The notes under the pieces were generated by a model, which saw only the letters and a list, made by a program, of their open reading frames with translations, had not been told where the DNA came from and made no database searches. Source: Octopus vulgaris (lineage: Eukaryota). Taken from it: a stretch of DNA of 64,000 nucleotides. Below are positions 1-11,750 of the stretch, one piece after another; positions within the stretch are counted from its first letter, which is position 1; the number at the start of each line of letters is the position of its first letter. The translations under genes were made by a program, and so were the position numbers. The stretch covers positions 54,498,001 through 54,562,000 of the forward strand of contig OX597819.1 in assembly GCA_951406725.2 (NCBI GenBank). Direction: 5' to 3'.

Positions 1-869
1 ATATGAAAGAGCCTTAACTAAATATCACCAAGATATTCTGTAACAACAGCAACAACAACAACAACACATCTAAAAGATAACATAAACAAGTTTTATTCAA
101 GGAAAATAAATGCTACAATGTAATATACTATCCTAATGATTAGTTTGTAGATATAGTTCGAAGATTGGATCATTACAATATTTGCTGCTATCATACCTAA
201 GAACACTAACAGTGAGGTTGTAGCTAAAAGTGTATCCAAAAGCAAGCTTAGTACAACATAAAAAATTAAAGGTAATATGACGAGGTTTAATAGAACCAAT
301 ACTACAAGCATTTTCCTATTGATTTATTTTCATTCTTCCTCAAAGCTGTACAAATATATTTCATCCGTTTGTCTTTTTTTTTTATTTGTATGAAGGCGAG
401 AAGTTGTTTATACGTCGACGATGTCAGAAATGGCATCTGCAAGCAGAAGGAACGAAAGAATTTAACGTGAAAATTGGATGATGTTATATATATTATGCAG
501 GTACTGGCTTTTTCTAGGATCGTGTTTTAGTTTTTTTATGTTGTTGTGGGCCTTTGAGCAGAAAATAAAAAAGAAGCAAAACAAAAACGAATATATATAG
601 TGTAAACAGAATGCTGGTACTTCATATTTCGTATGTATATGCGGATATGCATGGTATTGTAGTACTATTTTGACTATATTGCTAATAATGGAATCTACGT
701 ATTGTTTTTCTAGTATTAGCGTTATTAATAATAATATGAATGATGATATTGGTAGCATTAGTGGTAATGACAATGATAATGATGCTAACATTAAGGACAT
801 TTTGGAAATTAATAAGAATTAATATAATGTACCCTTGACTCTGTATATCTGCATTTAGGTATTAATATG

Positions 870-1620
870 TGTATGTTTTTCTACATTGTAATTATCACAA
901 TATTAAGTTGAAAAACTGTAACATTGAATGTGGAACATATGTATGTTTATCAATTTATATTATTTATATCATTATGTATATGTATATTTATATGTATAGG
1001 AGTATGAGTATATGCATTCATATATATATGTATATGTCTTATTATGGGTATGTACCCACACCTATATAAGTATGTATGTAATCTGATTTGTATCACATAA
1101 TCTCCGAAGAGGCCTTAGGATATTTTTGTAAATGTCTCATTTATAACTACATATTGACCTACCATAAATGGCTAATATAAGTAAAATGAGACATACTTAT
1201 CTACATGGCCGAAACAGCTGTAAGATGTAGTCTATATTTATATTTATGTGTACTTATATTTATTTTCTCTTATACATATTCTACTCATTGTATAACATTA
1301 CTCTTTTATGTACACTGTTTTGCCCTACATTATTATGTTTAACCTTATAGTTTCTTATGTGGTGGTTTAATAAAGTATGTGATTGAGTATTATCTGGTAA
1401 TTGATATTTGATTTCGATGTATTTCTCCATTTTCTTATTTTGTATTATGAATTTGTGGTAAAACATTTTACCTTTGCCCTTATAATACAGTAAATGAATT
1501 AACTGCATCACAATTCTTAACATTTATGTATTAACTTTGTTGGGTACTTCACTAGCAGTATATTGGATATATGTTATCCCATGGAGGGTTGCATTTACAA
1601 CCCCCATCTCAATTTGTATA
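870..1620 (+). mobile_element. Penelope-like pLTR remnant
   Basis: Contains the hammerhead-like motif; 1290-1620 is homologous (reverse complement) to 26044-26390; ends in a TA microsatellite. Confidence 0.55.
1095..1228 (+). ncRNA. Type I hammerhead-like motif in a Penelope-like pLTR
   Basis: ATCT-CCGAAGA-GGCC...(~90-nt loop)...GGCC-GAAA-CAGCTG-TA-AGAT. Stems I and II and a palindromic stem III are present; core U4 is C. Confidence 0.55.
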
Positions 1621-1718
1621 TATATACATACATATATTTAGATTCAGATGAATATGGTACTTAAGTTAAAGGCACCAGAATTTTGTATGGTATTATCCAT
1701 ATAAATCAAATGGGGTGA

Positions 1719-1994
1719 TTATAATCAAAATAAGCAACAATGATGTCCAAGGTAGAGTAGTACAATTGTTTCATGCTACTTCATTTTATTAAACACTGTA
1801 AGTATTACATCAGTTTTAAAATGTCCAATTAAACGGACAATGCACATTCTTATCCTTAATTCATTTGCCAACATTACAAAGAGGGTAGATATTTAGACAG
1901 AGAGGTTAATTTCATCATTAAGAATGTGCATTGTCCGTTTAGAAACAATTGTACTACTCTACCTTGGTCATCCTTGTTGCTTATTTTGATTATA
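1719..1994. repeat. Nested inverted repeats (probably a PLE-type inverted terminus)
   Basis: 1719-1771 pairs with 1942-1994 and 1830-1852 pairs with 1919-1941; part recurs at 2696-2761. Confidence 0.7.
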
Positions 1995-2367
1995 CATACA
2001 TATATCTTGTTTGGATTAACTTTATATATATATATATATATATAGGCGTGGCTGTGTGGTAAGTAGCTTGCTTACTAACCTCATAGTTCCGGGTTCAGTG
2101 ACACCTTGGGCAAGTCTCTTCTACTATAGCCTCGGGCCGACCAAAGCCTTGTGAGTGGATTTGGAAGACGGAAACTGAAAATAAGCCCATCGTATGTGTG
2201 TGTGTGTGTGTGTTTACGTGCCCGTAACTTAGCAGTTCGGCAAAAGAGGTCAGTACAAAGAATAAGTCCTGGCGTCAATTTGCTCAACTAAAGGCGGTAC
2301 TCCATCATGGCTGCAGTCGACTAAAACAACTAAAAGAATATATATGTATATATACAAATAAAAGGTT

Positions 2368-2407
<40 letters not shown>

Positions 2408-2611
2408 CCAGAGTAAGCACATAAATGTGAAACAAGGTGGAAAAAATAGTACTCGAATACGGGAGGTAGAGTAATATGGTTTATCAATAAAGCTGCAAAG
2501 ACATCACAAAAATTGTTTCTCACTTTCACGTTCCCGTTCGTCAAGCAGTTCTGGTTGAGAATGAAACAAAAATAAGGTTAGCTAACCTTTGCTCCTTTAT
2601 AAATAAAGTAT

Positions 2612-2663
<52 letters not shown>

Positions 2664-3359
2664 CTTTTATTTGTTTCAGTTATTAGGCTGCGGCTATTAC
2701 ATCAGTTTTAAAATGTTCAATTAAACGGACAATGCACAGTCTTATCCTTAATTCATTTGCCGAAGCACCACCTTGAAGGATTTTTAGTTGAACGGAACAA
2801 CGCCAGTATAAAGCCGAATGACGGAATATCATTGGTTAAAATTCTAATTATTAAACAACGTTAAACTTAGAAGTTACAATTCCGTTTACTGGCTTCAGAA
2901 ATGAAAAGATCCATTTTTTAAAAGTTTGGTACTTATTCTATCGGTCTTTTTTGCCGAACCACCAGTTACGGGGTCGTAAACGCATCAATACCGGTTGTCA
3001 AGCGTTGGTTGGGGACAGACACAAACACGCAGAGATTATATATATATTGCGTACTTGTGCAATAAATATTAAGTTCATTTATTGCATGCCGTTTTTAGCT
3101 GGATTCTAACAAGATCAATCACAGCCAGGTGTTAATTTACTTCCAAGATAAATTTACCATTGACTCCCGTACCTGCATTGCGCTCGTACCTATATTAGTA
3201 ACAACAGTAATTCCTTTGTTTTCTCATGTTTTGGAAATGTCTATTCAAAGCGGAGGAATATCCAATTTTCAAAACAAATTTTAATGGCTGAGAATTTGTA
3301 ATTTTGTAAATTTTTACTTACTAAATTCCGAAAAAGCTGGAGCAATATAAAGTGTGTGC

Positions 3360-3419
<60 letters not shown>

Positions 3420-3449
3420 GCACATTTTTCTATGTATGTATGCATATAG

Positions 3450-3825
3450 ATTCGTGGCATTCCATCGGTTACGACGACGAGGGTTCCAGTTGATCCGATC
3501 AACGGAACAGCCTGCTCGTGAAATTAACGTGCAAGTGGCTGAGCACTCCGCAGACACGTGGACCCTTAACGTAGTTCTCAGGGAGATTCAGTGTGACAAG
3601 GTTGGCCCTTTGAAATACAGGTACAACAGAAACAGGAAGAAAGAGTGAGAGAAAGTTGTGGTGAAAGAGTACAGCAGGGTTCGCCACCATCTCCTGCCGG
3701 TACCTCGTGGAATTTTTAGGTGTTTTCGCTCAATAAACACTCACAACGCGCGGTCTGGGAATCGAAACCGCGATCCTACGACCGCGAGTCCGCTGCCCTA
3801 ACTACTAGGCCATTTCGCCTCCACC
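3450..3825 (-). mobile_element. tRNA-derived SINE family D
   Basis: Head TGGCCTAGTAGTTAGGGCAGCGGACTCGC...GGTTTCGATTCCC; a related copy is at 38968-39265 (+). Confidence 0.75.
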
Positions 3826-4966
3826 ATGCATATAGATATATATACATACTCACATACATATACAAACTTACCCCCCCCCCATATACATATACACGCACAT
3901 ATATAATGAGCCAGTGCTCCAGTATGACTGGAGCCATGATGGCTAAAACAAATTAAAGAAATAAAGAAAGAAAATTACCTTTGGCACCAGTTTCTTTAAA
4001 TTATCTGAACTTTCGTTGAATAGACAGTTGAATGTCTCTTCTTATATCATTACGTGCTCTAACCGACGTAAGAGATATAAACCTAGAACACTAACTTGGC
4101 TTCTTAGTAAATGTAACGATCGTCGTAGATATGGATAACATAAGGGTTAGCTCCCACTCACGAGAGAGAAAAGAAAGGAAAAGAAAATAGAAGCCAAACA
4201 TATACGTATACATATACACACCTACACACGCTCATACATACATAGAAGTACAAATGTTCTTAGCTTTTGTATATTGAATTTTTTTTTTCTTATTGATTAC
4301 TTATTTACGTCTATAGATGTCTTTGTTAGTTTCCATTCGGTGTGCACAAGTCTCAGCTTCGTTTCTAAACAAACATCTGAGAATTCTTCAATAAGCAACA
4401 TGTGGAAAATCTTTTATGAAAAGATTTCAATTTATTCCACTTTTGAACTCTTTGGCGGTGGATTGGTAGAATCGTTTGTACAACAGACAAAATGCCTGCT
4501 GGTTTTTAGTTACAGCTCTTTTGTACTCTGAGTTCAAAATCCACTGAGGTCAACTTTGCTTTTTATCCTTCTGGGAATCGATAAAATAAATATCACTCCT
4601 GTTCTCTAGTCGTTTTATGTTCCTATAATACATTTTAGATGTGAATGGAATTATAATAGAAAAGAAGACTATTTGAAGACAATATAAACCATCCTCGGAT
4701 TCTACAATATTATTTTCATAAAATAAAAGAACCGAGTTCTGATTTGCTTGTGGGTAAGGAGAGAAAAAATAAAATATTGCTGGTAAAGGCAAAATTTTTC
4801 AGTTTGGGAAATGATGTCATATATATATACAACGGCTTCCACACAGTTTCCGTCTATCAAGTTCATTCACAAGGCAATTGGTCAGCCTGGGGTTATAGTT
4901 GAAGACACTCGCCTGAGGTGATGCGTAGTGGGACTGAACCTGAGACCACGTGGCTGCAAAGTTGGA

Positions 4967-5529
4967 AAGACTTCCGCCCGTCCGCCCCCTCCCCCCATTT
5001 TCTCCCAAATTTGTTTTTTTTTAAAATTTTCTTTTGCCAAAAATCCCTGTTTTCGGATACGGTGGTTCCGGAAAATTGCCAAAAATCGGCATTGTGAACC
5101 GCCCCCCACCTTTCCCCTCCAACTTCTTCAATTTTGACTTTTTTCCGCAACACTAACCCTAAAACCCTAACCCTAAAACTGTAACCGTAAGTACAGAAAT
5201 GTTTTGAAATTTTTGTCCGAATATTGATGACTGTATTTTTCCGCATATTTAGAAAAGAAAAAAATTCTTAAAAAAAAAAATTTATAAAGATTTTTGGAAA
5301 TTTTTTTCAGAATCATAGTCTCCGTATTTTTCCGCATATTTTGAGAGAAAAAAATTCTGAAAAAAGTTTAAAATGAAATGAATGGGGGTGGGTGGTAATT
5401 TAGAAATGTCGATTTTTGCCAATTTTTTTTTGCAGATTCGTATTCCCCGTAGCCGAAAAGGGTGGGGGTTTGTGTTGAAAAAAAAATGTTTTAAAAAGGG
5501 TGGTTTGGTGTGGGGTGGGCGGAAGTCTT
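4967..5529. mobile_element. TIR element with internal telomere-like (CCCTAA) repeats, inserted in a SINE
   Basis: AAGACTTCCGCCC (4967-79) and GGGCGGAAGTCTT (5517-29); CTAACCCTAAAACCCTAACCCTAA at about 5153-5176. Confidence 0.6.
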
Positions 5530-7337
5530 GCAGCAAAGGTTGTTTCTTAATCACACACCCATGCCTTCATTCGACAAAACTTTTGGAATCAATGAATTAC
5601 TGTTGATTCATTTCCATAGTGGCGACTTTAATATAAAAGAGCGGCAATGAGAGAGTAAAAGATGTTTTATGGAGCTTAGTTCCACATCCCTACGTTCTAA
5701 GTTCAAATCAATAAAAAGAAGCTATAAATCAATATTCTTATACTAGTTTTAGGTCATTGTACTGTTGCCTTGTTGAGACACCGCTTCCAATGGTTTTTAA
5801 ATTGATTATTATATTGACTTCAGCATTTATTTTGTTGATAAATATTTTTCATATCGCCAAGTTACGGAACATGAAACAATGCAACGTAACGCCGTTTCTT
5901 TACAGGTGTTAACATAAACACAGATATACACATACACACGCATACACACATACTTACACATAGACACAGGCGCGCACGCAAACATACCACACTACACCAC
6001 ACCGCTACACACGGAATCACGTCGTTGCGTACCAAACTTTTTAACTACACGTCCATGTTTGCACAATTCACAGTAACGTCATCTCAAATCTACAAGGGTG
6101 CCGTTATTAGTGAAGTTAACTGTAATGCAGTTTTCAACCTTGATACATGAAGTTGTAAGTAGTACACCGTTTGATATGACATTTCTGAGGCAATATGTTT
6201 TAAAACTATTTTTAATTTGTTAAAGTAAGAGTGTAGGAAGGTGGTGAGCTGGCAGAATTGTTAGCACGCCGGACTAAATGCTTAGCGGCATTTCATTACG
6301 TTCTGAGTTCAAATTCTGTCGAGGTCAGACTTTGCCTTTCTTTCATCCTTTAGGAGTCGATAAAATAAATACCAATTGATCACTTTCCACATACATACCC
6401 CATTCATACGCACCATGAGCCAGATGCACTGAATACTTTAAAACACCCTTTAATGTCTCTCCGTCGTTCGACAGTGAGGATTCACGTGTTCGATCAACTG
6501 AATTACCAGCTTCTGAATTAATGTGTAAGTGGCTCATCACCCCAGTGACTTGTGTCTTAGCATAATTCCCAAGTAGAATCAGTATGGCACAGGGTATGAC
6601 AAGACTGCACCGTACCTTTTGAATTACTGGTGCAATCCTCTTGACCGACGATAAACCAATGCTATACAAAACATCTTTCCCAATATGCCACGCAGTTTGA
6701 TCGAAGCCGGGATCTCGTTGTTGCGAAGTAAACTTCTTTACCGTTCGGCCAGACTGCATCGATTGAGTTAATACAATTATTGAATAGTTTGTTGTAGTAT
6801 CTATTTGGTTCATTTGAAAGTGTTTGAGTTTGTAAAAGCAAGAGGGGGATAGGTGGAGTTTTGCTGAATTTCGACTAAAATCTAAACAACAGATTCTGTT
6901 GAGTTTATTTCACTTATTCTGCTAAATATTAGCTGTCAAAAAAGTTATTCGTTATGAAAATAGTTTTTAAAAATTGCATAAACAATGAAAAGAAGTCATG
7001 TTTTGCTTAGGTTCGTTTATTTAATTCATGAATATTGTTGATGGTAGGATATCAATCAAACAAGTATCTAAACAACGTCAAGGATGTTTTGAAAAAGAAT
7101 TTCAACACTGAATGTACTAAAACAGAAAAGGAAAGAAAAATGCTGTCTCAGATCTCTGAATTATTAAGAATATTAGTGCATATTGTATTTTGTGATATTT
7201 GAAATAATAAATCACTTTCATACACGCAAAAGTATTGGCTGTTCGAACCAAAATGATTCCATATAGAGATGTGAAATTATCTGAATTATTCTCCTTATAG
7301 ATATCAAGCTCGTACAAATATTGTGATAATGCAATCT

Positions 7338-7345
7338 AACATACA

Positions 7346-7378
<33 letters not shown>

Positions 7379-7426
7379 TACATACATACATACATACGTA
7401 CATACATATATACATACATACATATA

Positions 7427-7472
<46 letters not shown>

Positions 7473-7503
7473 TACATACATACATACATACATACGTACA
7501 TAC
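7338..7503. repeat. (ACAT)n microsatellite
   Basis: Direct reading. Many other (TA)n, (CA)n and (TG)n tracts occur throughout the window. Confidence 0.95.
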
Positions 7504-7672
7504 GTGAATCGTCTAAGAGAACATAAGTCAGGGAAAGGATGCACTCATATATCAGTCAGTAGAGCGAGCACATTATCCGAAATGTATACTATTAAATATC
7601 CATCACAGCTGGTCTTACCAATCGGTTCCGCGTAAAGAATACAATGGAGTGTTAGGCAACAAACTGATTATA

Positions 7673-9164
7673 GGTACTTGTCAATTGTCGTGGTCCCGGT
7701 TTTGCACACGCGAATTCGCGCGCGCGCGCGCGTCAGACGTAGGTACTCGATACTCGAGATCCTACGAGGTGACTTGCGCATGCGCAGTGCAGAATTCGCG
7801 CGTGCGCGTTAAACCCCCCCCCCTAAAAAAAAAGGTGTTGGATTTCACTAAAAATATATATGTGTGTGTGTGTGTGTGTGTATATAACATTTTCAATTTT
7901 ACACAAAAAAATTACATAGTCGCTTTCCTCGCGGATTTACAGAGAAATGAATTAATTACTATTTTACAGAATAAAATTAATGAATTAATTATATAAATTA
8001 AATAATTCTTGAAAATTAATTAATATTAATAATATTTTTTGAACAAAGTAAATAATTTATAAAACTTGGTTAATAATTTTTTTTTACACAAACGCGAACG
8101 TATATAATTTGTGAAACTTTTTTTTTTTACAGACGTATATAATTTGGTAAACTTAATGAATTAATTTCTTCTCATCATCATCATCGTTTAACGTCCGTTC
8201 TCCATGCCAGCATGGGTTGGACGGTTCGACCGGGGATCTGGGAAGCCAGAAGGCTGCACCAGACTCCAGTCTTATCTGGCAATGTTTCTACAGCTGGATG
8301 CCCTTCCTAACGCCAACCACTCCGAGAGTGTAGTGGGTGCTTTTTACATGCCACCCGCACAGGTGCCAGGCGAGGCTGGCAACGGCCACGGTCGGATTGG
8401 TGCCAGTCGAGGCGGCTCTGGCATCGGCCACGATTCGGATAGTGCTTTTTACGTACCACCAGTCCAGGGGTCCTGGCATTTGCCGGGTGCCACACTTGCC
8501 CCAACATGTCTTCGCAAGCAAAGGGGGTTGGCATGGGTGCCTGTCGTGGGATGAGGTTCGATATCAACTTCGCTTGCCTCAACAGGTCTTTGTGTATAAA
8601 TGTATAAATTTTTCGCACTAAATTCTTTCCGTAGAATTTATCAAAAAACGCGCAAAATTATTCCGTAGACTTTATCAAATTAAAAAACGCAAAATTAATA
8701 TATTTTTTGAAATTGCAAATTATTTAGAATATAAAACAAATTAAGTTAAATTTTAAAAATAAATGTCATATACTTATACTCTGTAAGGTGCTGTGTTCAC
8801 ACTTCAATTTACTATTTTCTAGAAATGTTGCTTTTCTAATTGAAACAATTTTTCTCAATCTCCATTTAAAAGTTCATAATGCCTCTTGAGCCATATCAAA
8901 ATGAACAACTTTGAATTACCCGGTGGTGGTGTGAGGTTCTAATTTTTTTCTGATCTCTCTTTGCCCCCTCTTTATCTCAGTTGTTCATTCAGCTAATATT
9001 TAGAAAAATTTTCGCGCCCAATTTTTGTTGTCGCGGGAAAAGATGAACGATTTAAAATAAATATATCTTAATTGTAGTGTGAGAAAGTATATATATTCTG
9101 ATGACAAAATATATTATCTTTCAAAAACATCCCAAATTTATAGACTATATCGTGTAGGTTTAAG

Positions 9165-9221
<57 letters not shown>

Positions 9222-10606
9222 TATATATATATATACATATATAGTAGAGAATGAAACATCTTTCATCTGTCTCCCCACCACACCTCCATCTAGGGGGGGG
9301 CAAAGAGAGATCAGAAAAAAAATTAGAACCTCACACCACCACCACCACCACCACCACCGGGTAATTCAAAGTTGTTCATTTTGATATGGCTCAAGAGGCA
9401 TTATGAACTTTTAAATGGAGATTGAGAAAAATTGTTTCAATTAGAAAAGCAACATTTCTAGAAAATAGTAAATTGAAGTGTGAACACAGCACCTTACAGA
9501 GTATAAGTATATGACATTTATTTTTAAAATTTAACTTAATTTGTTTTATATTCTAAATAATTTGCAATTTCAAAAAATATATTAATTTTGCGTTTTTTAA
9601 TTTGATAAAGTCTACGGAATAATTTTGCGCGTTTTTTGATAAATTCTACGGAAAGAATTTAGTGCGAAAAATTTATACATTTATACACAAAGACCTGTTG
9701 AGGCAAGCGAAGTTGATATCGAACCTCATCCCACGACAGGCACCCATGCCAACCCCCTTTGCTTGCGAAGACATGTTGGGGCAAGTGTGGCACCCGGCAA
9801 ATGCCAGGACCCCTGGACTGGTGGTACGTAAAAAGCACTATCCGAATCGTGGCCGATGCCAGAGCCGCCTCGACTGGCACCAATCCGACCGTGGCCGTTG
9901 CCAGCCTCGCCTGGCACCTGTGCGGGTGGCATGTAAAAAGCACCCACTACACTCTCGGAGTGGTTGGCGTTAGGAAGGGCATCCAGCTGTAGAAACATTG
10001 CCAGATAAGACTGGAGTCTGGTGCAGCCTTCTGGCTTCCCAGATCCCCGGTCGAACCGTCCAACCCATGCTGGCATGGAGAACGGACGTTAAACGATGAT
10101 GATGATGAGAAGAAATTAATTCATTAAGTTTACCAAATTATATACGTCTGTAAAAAAAAAAAAGTTTCACAAATTATATACGTTCGCGTTTGTGTAAAAA
10201 AAATTATTAACCAAGTTTTATAAATTATTTACTTTGTTCAAAAAATATTATTAATATTAATTAATTTTCAAGAATTATTTAATTTATATAATTAATTCAT
10301 TAATTTTATTCTGTAAAATAGTAATTAATTCATTTCTCTGTAAATCCGCGAGGAAAGCGACTATGTAATTTTTTTGTGTAAAATTGAAAATGTTATATAC
10401 ACACACACACACACACACATATATATTTTTAGTGAAATCCAACACCTTTTTTTTTAGGGGGGGTTTAACGCGCACGCGCGAATTCTGCACTGCGCATGCG
10501 CAAGTCACCTCGTAGGATCTCGAGTATCGAGTACCTACGTCTGACGCGCGCGCGCGCGCGCGAATTCGCGTGTGCAAAAACGGGACCACGACAATTGACA
10601 AGTACC
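7673..10606. mobile_element. Foldback-type non-autonomous DNA transposon with ~1.3-kb inverted arms (MULE- or Merlin-like termini)
   Basis: Arms 7673-8968 and 9296-10606 are near-perfect reverse complements. Termini are GGTACTTG and CAAGTACC. A perfect 9-bp TSD CTGATTATA sits at 7664-7672 and 10607-10615. The spacer is about 330 bp with (TA)n; no transposase. Confidence 0.9.
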
Positions 10607-10661
10607 CTGATTATATAACTATAGAGAGAAGTCACCATATTCTCTTCCATATTGAATAACT

Positions 10662-10786
10662 CTGATGAGCGTAAAATTATAAAATCGGTTTGTTACCTAA
10701 CACTCCATTGCATTCTTTACGCGAAACCAATTGATGGTTTCGCATCCACGAAGGGCTTTGCCCCGTGAACGTCTCGTCAGACTCGA
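10662..10786. ncRNA. Two opposed hammerhead-ribozyme-like cores
   Basis: Plus strand: CTGATGA (10662-68), GCGTAAA...TTTACGC, GAAA (10723-26). Minus strand: CTGACGA (10780-74), GC-rich stem, GAAA (10741-38). Stem I is incomplete in both. Confidence 0.55.
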
Positions 10787-11750
10787 AAGCCGAAGACAAA
10801 TGTAACTCTTCACCTTTGGGAGGCAGGAATCTGTTACGGTCAAATGGTCAGTAAGTCACTAAAAAATAGTCCAGGGTCAGTGAGAACGGGTTATCTCCCT
10901 TAGACCAGATTCCGTGGTCCAAAAGTGGGGGAAACGGGATATTTGCCTTGGGCTACTTTTAGATGGGGAATCCCATGCTTGCAGCAGGTAGCATTTGAAA
11001 TGGATGCAAGGACTGTAAATTTCCTGGATAGTGTTCAGTGATTCAGGTTTCAGGGAGCCTTTAAGTATCCTTGCTTGCTCGGCTATACAAAACTTGCAGT
11101 GTTCGCTCCCATTAATGTAGGGTCCCGGCTGCGCTAAGATCCACTTGATATCGTATGGGGTCGCTTCGTCTTTGAGATGCCACACGTAGCTGGTCAGGGA
11201 TGCGACAAATCGTCTTTCCGGTATCCTGAAAGAGGACCTATAGTTGTACAGGCGTCGCTTGAACGCCATCCCAACTGACCCAATTTATTTTCAGGCTTGG
11301 ATGTGACCCTGAGAGCTGTGTCAGCTGAGCACAAATTCCTGGTAGGGCTGGGCAAGTCAAAGGATAAAGGCCAGTTTAATATGAACCCCTGACACTTCTA
11401 CTTAGAAAAAAGCAGAGTTATCCTAACATTGCTTTCTTTTTAGGTAGAGACATATATTCGGGAAGGAGGTTTACTTTGGGGAAAATTTACTTAAAAATTT
11501 TGTACAATCAAGTTTTGTAAAATATTTATAAAGCTTTTGGAGAAGCGCTTGCACCCATGCACACCCTGTTCCCGGGTAGAGGTGTTAGCCATTGATGGCA
11601 ATTCAAAATCAACAAAGACTTTGGAGAGGAAGGCCTTCCTTTAGGGAGGCAGAGTACTGATGTATCCAACTGGAGAAAAGCAAAGACAGTTCAGAGAAAA
11701 GTCGTCGGTGGTCTATACTTTATAGGAAGCGAAGGGCTTAACGTAAATAA
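10727..11750 (-). mobile_element. Penelope-like retroelement 3' remnant (GIY-YIG endonuclease C-terminal region plus pLTR)
   Basis: ORF 10877..11269 (FKRRLYNY...LTSYVWHLK...YDIKW...CKFCIAE...LN...CIH) has the PLE GIY-YIG pattern; a hammerhead-like core lies downstream. The upstream boundary is approximate. Confidence 0.75.

Noticed and set aside
93-800. Hydrophobic minus-strand ORFs resembling membrane proteins
   Set aside because: AT-rich, low-complexity sequence adjoining a PLE-like remnant, with no splice or family support.
3241-3648. ORFs rich in YI/CV/HT dipeptides (also 7218-7544, 17686-18126, 31714-32149, 63113-63344)
   Set aside because: They are translations of microsatellites.
3740-3825. 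tRNA-like sequences (also 38968-39035 and the SINE A/B heads)
   Set aside because: These are SINE heads with A/B boxes but no complete cloverleaf, continuing into repeat bodies.
5153-5190. Interstitial telomere or chromosome fusion site
   Set aside because: Only a few degenerate CCCTAA units are present, and they are internal to a TIR element.
8204-10076. Mirror-image ORF sets (116, 103, 94 and 77 aa) on both strands
   Set aside because: They are by-products of a GC-rich repeat duplicated in the inverted arms and have no protein motifs.
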